Shown in pieces: positions 60,386-64,000 of a stretch of DNA of 64,000 nt. Every line of letters starts with the position of its first letter. The stretch's first letter is position 1. The notes under the pieces are model-generated. The model made no database searches and was not told where the DNA came from. It saw nothing but the letters and a program-made list of their open reading frames with translations. This DNA comes from a virus (taxonomy: Duplodnaviria; Heunggongvirae; Uroviricota; Caudoviricetes): IMG/VR virus record IMGVR_UViG_3300029859_000151; one strand, written 5' to 3'. Both the position numbers and the translations under genes were made by a program.

Positions 60386-61803
60386 ATGGCTAAAGCAGTA
60401 TTGGTTATGGATATGCCGGAGAGATGTGTCAAATGTCCTTTGTTGCTTACGTTTCCGCAAAAGGACGGTCTTGCTCTTTGCATTGCTAGACCAAAGAACG
60501 GACAAGAAGAATACAATCCGAAGCATGAAAAATCATGGAGACCGGATTGGTGCCCGCTCCGGGAACTACCGGAGAAGATATCGGAACTTAAATCCGGTTA
60601 TGAAGATATCAGCACATCAATACGTCGGGTGGGTTGGAATGCCTGCTTAGATGAAATTTTGAAAGAACCTCAAAATGAGGGAGGTACACATGGGAAAGAG
60701 CAGAACAAGTAAGCTGAACGGCTACCCGAGTGCGGTAAGCCGGCAGAGAAACGATGTGTATAAGTTCAAGACCAGAGGTAAGAAAAAATAAATGATTGGA
60801 TTTGAGTATAAAGGACAGGTTGCCTATATCACGAGGATGGATGATTTCCGTGATTACATGGAACCAGAAGTTTACGAAGCTGTTCGGAAAGCCTTTGAAA
60901 ATGGTTGCGATGGCGGACTGCGACAGAAATATGAGGAGTTACAGGCTGAATATGATGAACTGCAAACAGAGTATGACATCTTCGAAGATGAGATGAGAGA
61001 TATTGATGCCGTCCAAGCTGAACGGGAAAAGTGCGAAGAGGAGCGGGATGCGCTACAGGAAAAAGTAGACACACTAACGCATCATATTAAAGAACTTATA
61101 AATCAGTATTATCAGCGTTACATAAAGACGGAAGAGATTATTCCGGAATTAGAAAAATTGATATGAAAGGAGCCGGAACTTATCCGTATAAACGACGGGT
61201 TTCTGATAAGAAAATGAAAAATAGCGAATTAAAAGAATATCTGAACAGTTTTCCAGACGATACGGAAGTATCTGTAATTATCGCCAATACGAAAGCGAGG
61301 AAAAGATATCCATTAACAGATTACCACAGCATTACGAATATGGAACAGCCAGTGTTTCTACTGGAAATCGGGAAACCGGAAAATCTGGATGATGAAAAAG
61401 ATACTGATATTCCTGGGCAAACTAATTTTGAGACAGACTTCCCGGAGGTGATGCCACAATGAACATTGAGGAAATAACAATTGAGCAGCTTCGTTTTCGC
61501 CGAATTGCGCACAGCGTACCATGCGGTGAGCACAATTACCATGGGCGAATGATAAAAGATTCAAAACTTATAGAAGAATATGTCACGCCTGTAGGCAAAT
61601 TTCTGCCGGAAGAATGGCTTGAAACAGCAAAGAGAGTTGTCGAATATAACGGATTGACAGCCTTATATGAAAAAATAAAACAGCATTGCCAGACACAGTG
61701 CGTGTGGCTAAAAACAGAAAAGCAGATAGAAGAATACGCATTATCCTGCATGGCAAATCATGCATACAACTGTTGGAAGGACTTTATGGAGGTGCCGAAA
61801 TGA
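60386..61803 (+). other. Four phage-type hypothetical CDS (60386-60712, 60792-61166, 61163-61462, 61459-61803)
   Basis: Overlapping/coupled ORFs; MAKAVLVMDMPERC...RPDWCPL; coiled coil; DIPGQ tail. Confidence 0.6.
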
Positions 61804-63398
61804 TAAATGGGGAGTTAATCGTAGACAACTTCGCCGGTGGCGGTGGAGCTTCTACCGGGATAGAACTGGCAACCGGATATAGCGTTGATATTGCCATTAA
61901 CCACGATCCGGAAGCAATCAAGATGCACAAAGCAAATCACCCGAACACAAAGCACTACTGCGAAAACGTATGGGCGGTTGATCCGGTTAAGGCTTGCAAA
62001 GGACATCCTGTAGCACTTGCCTGGTTTTCCCCGGACTGCAAGCATTTCAGTAAGGCAAAAGGTGGAAAGCCAAAGGATAAAAACATTCGTGGTCTTGCAT
62101 GGGTAGCCTGCCGCTGGGCGGGGCTGGTGCGACCGAGGGTCATCATGCTTGAGAATGTGGAAGAATTTAAGACATGGGGACCACTTGGGCGGCGTCATCA
62201 TCCAATCAAGGCAAAGCAGGGAAAGACGTTTGAAAAGTTTGTGCAGCAACTTACAGATCTTGGGTATGAAGTGCAATGCCGGGAGCTGATTGCCGCTGAT
62301 TACGGCGCACCGACCATGCGGAAAAGATTTTTTATGATCGCACGTTGCGATGGCAAGCCGATTGTTTTTCCAGAGCCGACACACGGACCGTCAGACAGCG
62401 AAGCGGTTAAGGAAGGACTTGTCAAACCTTATGTTGGAGCATACACGCAACTTGATTTTTCACTTCCATGTCCGTCCATCTTTGACACATCGGAAGAGAT
62501 CAAGAAAAAGTACGGAATCAGGGCTGTACGTCCGTTGGCGCCGAAGACAATGGAAAGGATCGCAAGAGGATTAAAAAAGTTCGTCCTCGACAATCCGGAG
62601 CCGTTTATTATCCAATGTAATCATGGTGGAGAGCGCAGACCGAACGATATTCGGAAGCCAATGCCGACCATCACTGGAAAGCATGGGTATGGAATTGTGG
62701 AGCCGACGTTAGCACCTTATATGGGGACAAATACAACGAATCATCCGGGTGGAAACTGCAAAGATCCGATACATACGATCACCACAGGTAATCAACAATG
62801 CCTTATTAGCCCGACGCTTATCCAATACCATTCTGAAACGGCGCAGGGAGAAGTTCGGGGACAGACGATTGAAGATCCTATAATGACGGTGGACGGATCG
62901 AACAGATATGGACTGGTCACATCATTTTTGAGTAAGTTCTATAAGTCTGGAATCGGACAGGACGAAAGAGAGCCACTACATACAATCACAACATCAGCCG
63001 GACATTTTGGCGAGGTCAGAGCATTTCTGATTAAATACTACGGGCAGGGAACCGGACAGGATATTAAGGAGCCACTTGACACGGTAACTGCACGGGATAG
63101 ATTCGGATTAGTGACGATTGAGGGTGTAGATTATCAGATTGTGGACATCGGCTTGCGAATGCTTGAGCCACGGGAACTATATGGATGTCAGGGATTCCCG
63201 GACGACTACATCATTGACCATGATTATACCGGCAAGACGTATCCGCGGAGCGAACAGGTGCGCCGATGCGGTAATGCTGTGTGTCCACCGATACCGGCAG
63301 CATTAGTCAGGGCAAATCTTCCGGAATTGTGCGTAGCGGAACGTATGCCGAACATGAGGATCGAGTCAGAGCAGACCGGACAGCTCCGGTTTGCCTAG
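61800..63398 (+). CDS. Orphan DNA (cytosine-5) methyltransferase, phage type
   Basis: DNFAGGGG, SPDCKHFS, LENVEEF, RKRF, repeated P-x-x-TIT units, RML..REL, GNAV; GGAGG RBS. Confidence 0.9.
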   Translation: MINGELIVDNFAGGGGASTGIELATGYSVDIAINHDPEAIKMHKANHPNTKHYCENVWAVDPVKACKGHPVALAWFSPDCKHFSKAKGGKPKDKNIRGLAWVACRWAGLVRPRVIMLENVEEFKTWGPLGRRHHPIKAKQGKTFEKFVQQLTDLGYEVQCRELIAADYGAPTMRKRFFMIARCDGKPIVFPEPTHGPSDSEAVKEGLVKPYVGAYTQLDFSLPCPSIFDTSEEIKKKYGIRAVRPLAPKTMERIARGLKKFVLDNPEPFIIQCNHGGERRPNDIRKPMPTITGKHGYGIVEPTLAPYMGTNTTNHPGGNCKDPIHTITTGNQQCLISPTLIQYHSETAQGEVRGQTIEDPIMTVDGSNRYGLVTSFLSKFYKSGIGQDEREPLHTITTSAGHFGEVRAFLIKYYGQGTGQDIKEPLDTVTARDRFGLVTIEGVDYQIVDIGLRMLEPRELYGCQGFPDDYIIDHDYTGKTYPRSEQVRRCGNAVCPPIPAALVRANLPELCVAERMPNMRIESEQTGQLRFA

Positions 63399-63419
63399 AT
63401 TTAAGGAGAAATAGAATAT

Positions 63420-63683
63420 ATGGTCAGAAGTGTAGATACATTCTTCATAGACGGAGAAAGCTTTATTAGTTATTGCTCAGACAGCGACTTTGATTATGCA
63501 ATTTATATTGGACAAAAGTGTAAAGTTTTGAGAAATGAAAAGTGTTTTATAGGTACGCTGTACAAAGTGAACTCAAACAAAAATACATTCTCGATAAAGC
63601 AAAATAATGGAGAAATAATAGAAATAAATTGTGCTGATGTAGAAGAGATTTTCAGCGAAGAGGAAATTGGAACGATAAATTAG
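63420..63683 (+). CDS. Small hypothetical protein
   Basis: AAGGAG RBS. Confidence 0.55.
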   Translation: MVRSVDTFFIDGESFISYCSDSDFDYAIYIGQKCKVLRNEKCFIGTLYKVNSNKNTFSIKQNNGEIIEINCADVEEIFSEEEIGTIN

Positions 63684-63707
63684 AATTTAACCAAGAAAGG
63701 AGAATGA

Positions 63708-63989
63708 AAAATGACATTTAAACGAAAAGCAGTACCATTTGACACGTTCGTAGGAGGTTGCAATTATTTTGATGGCAATTCAGACGTTAATAATGGATAT
63801 GGCTGTACGCATCCAGAACAGGAGGAAAAGCAGAAAGGAAAAGGTTGTTGTTTTTGCTTTTCCTGTCCACTTGGGACTCCAGCAGATGAAGAAAGCTTTG
63901 AGGAACCAGATATTAACTGGAATGGAACTGAAAAAGAGGATGTTGGCGAAGATGATTATATTATCATCCCATCAAATTGCGAAAATTAG
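63708..63989 (+). CDS. Small Cys-rich hypothetical protein
   Basis: AAGGAG RBS; NNGYGCTHP...GCCFCFSCPLG; start given by ORF track is 63711. Confidence 0.5.
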   Translation, partial: KMTFKRKAVPFDTFVGGCNYFDGNSDVNNGYGCTHPEQEEKQKGKGCCFCFSCPLGTPADEESFEEPDINWNGTEKEDVGEDDYIIIPSNCEN

Positions 63990-64000
63990 AATTTAGTACA

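Noticed and set aside
362..62384. Numerous minus-strand and alternate-frame ORFs from the track
   Set aside because: Shadow ORFs overlapping better-supported genes, no RBS, typical antisense composition.
22762..64000. Intact prophage
   Set aside because: No terminase, portal, capsid, tail or integrase genes in the window.

Overview
AT-rich, Firmicutes-like (probably Clostridia/Lachnospiraceae-type) segment of a large conjugative plasmid or ICE. 1-21.7 kb is backbone: signal peptidase I, ParM/StbA-like actin plus candidate adaptor, lipoprotein, two-OB-fold SSB, a Gram-positive T4SS (pilin-like, VirB6-like, PrgI, VirB4, lysozyme-bearing VirB1-like, VirD4), a decayed tnpB end, NERD proteins and a MOBV (Mob/Pre) relaxase next to a ~1 kb non-coding region (candidate oriT). 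22.7-64 kb is a co-oriented accessory tract of roughly 90 mostly small phage-like genes (RtcB, AAA+ ATPase, Sir2, RlmN-like radical SAM, two MmcB-like nucleases, Lar-like, ASCH-like, orphan C5 methyltransferase) with an intact-looking IscB + omegaRNA insertion. Two layers of non-coding structure are not explained by the ORFs. (1) An 11-bp motif TCTGACATATT occurs 22 times, always oriented with the downstream gene, usually just after a terminator and often 46-58 nt before the start codon, ahead of both transfer and accessory genes: a candidate element-wide promoter/regulon. (2) About 25-30 short (T/G)AAA-N6-TTT(A/C/T) sites with recurring spacers sit between stop codons and the next RBS at most gene junctions from 30.8 to 45.1 kb, suggesting an integron-like array of single-gene cassettes. 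All calls are by eye; no searches were run.
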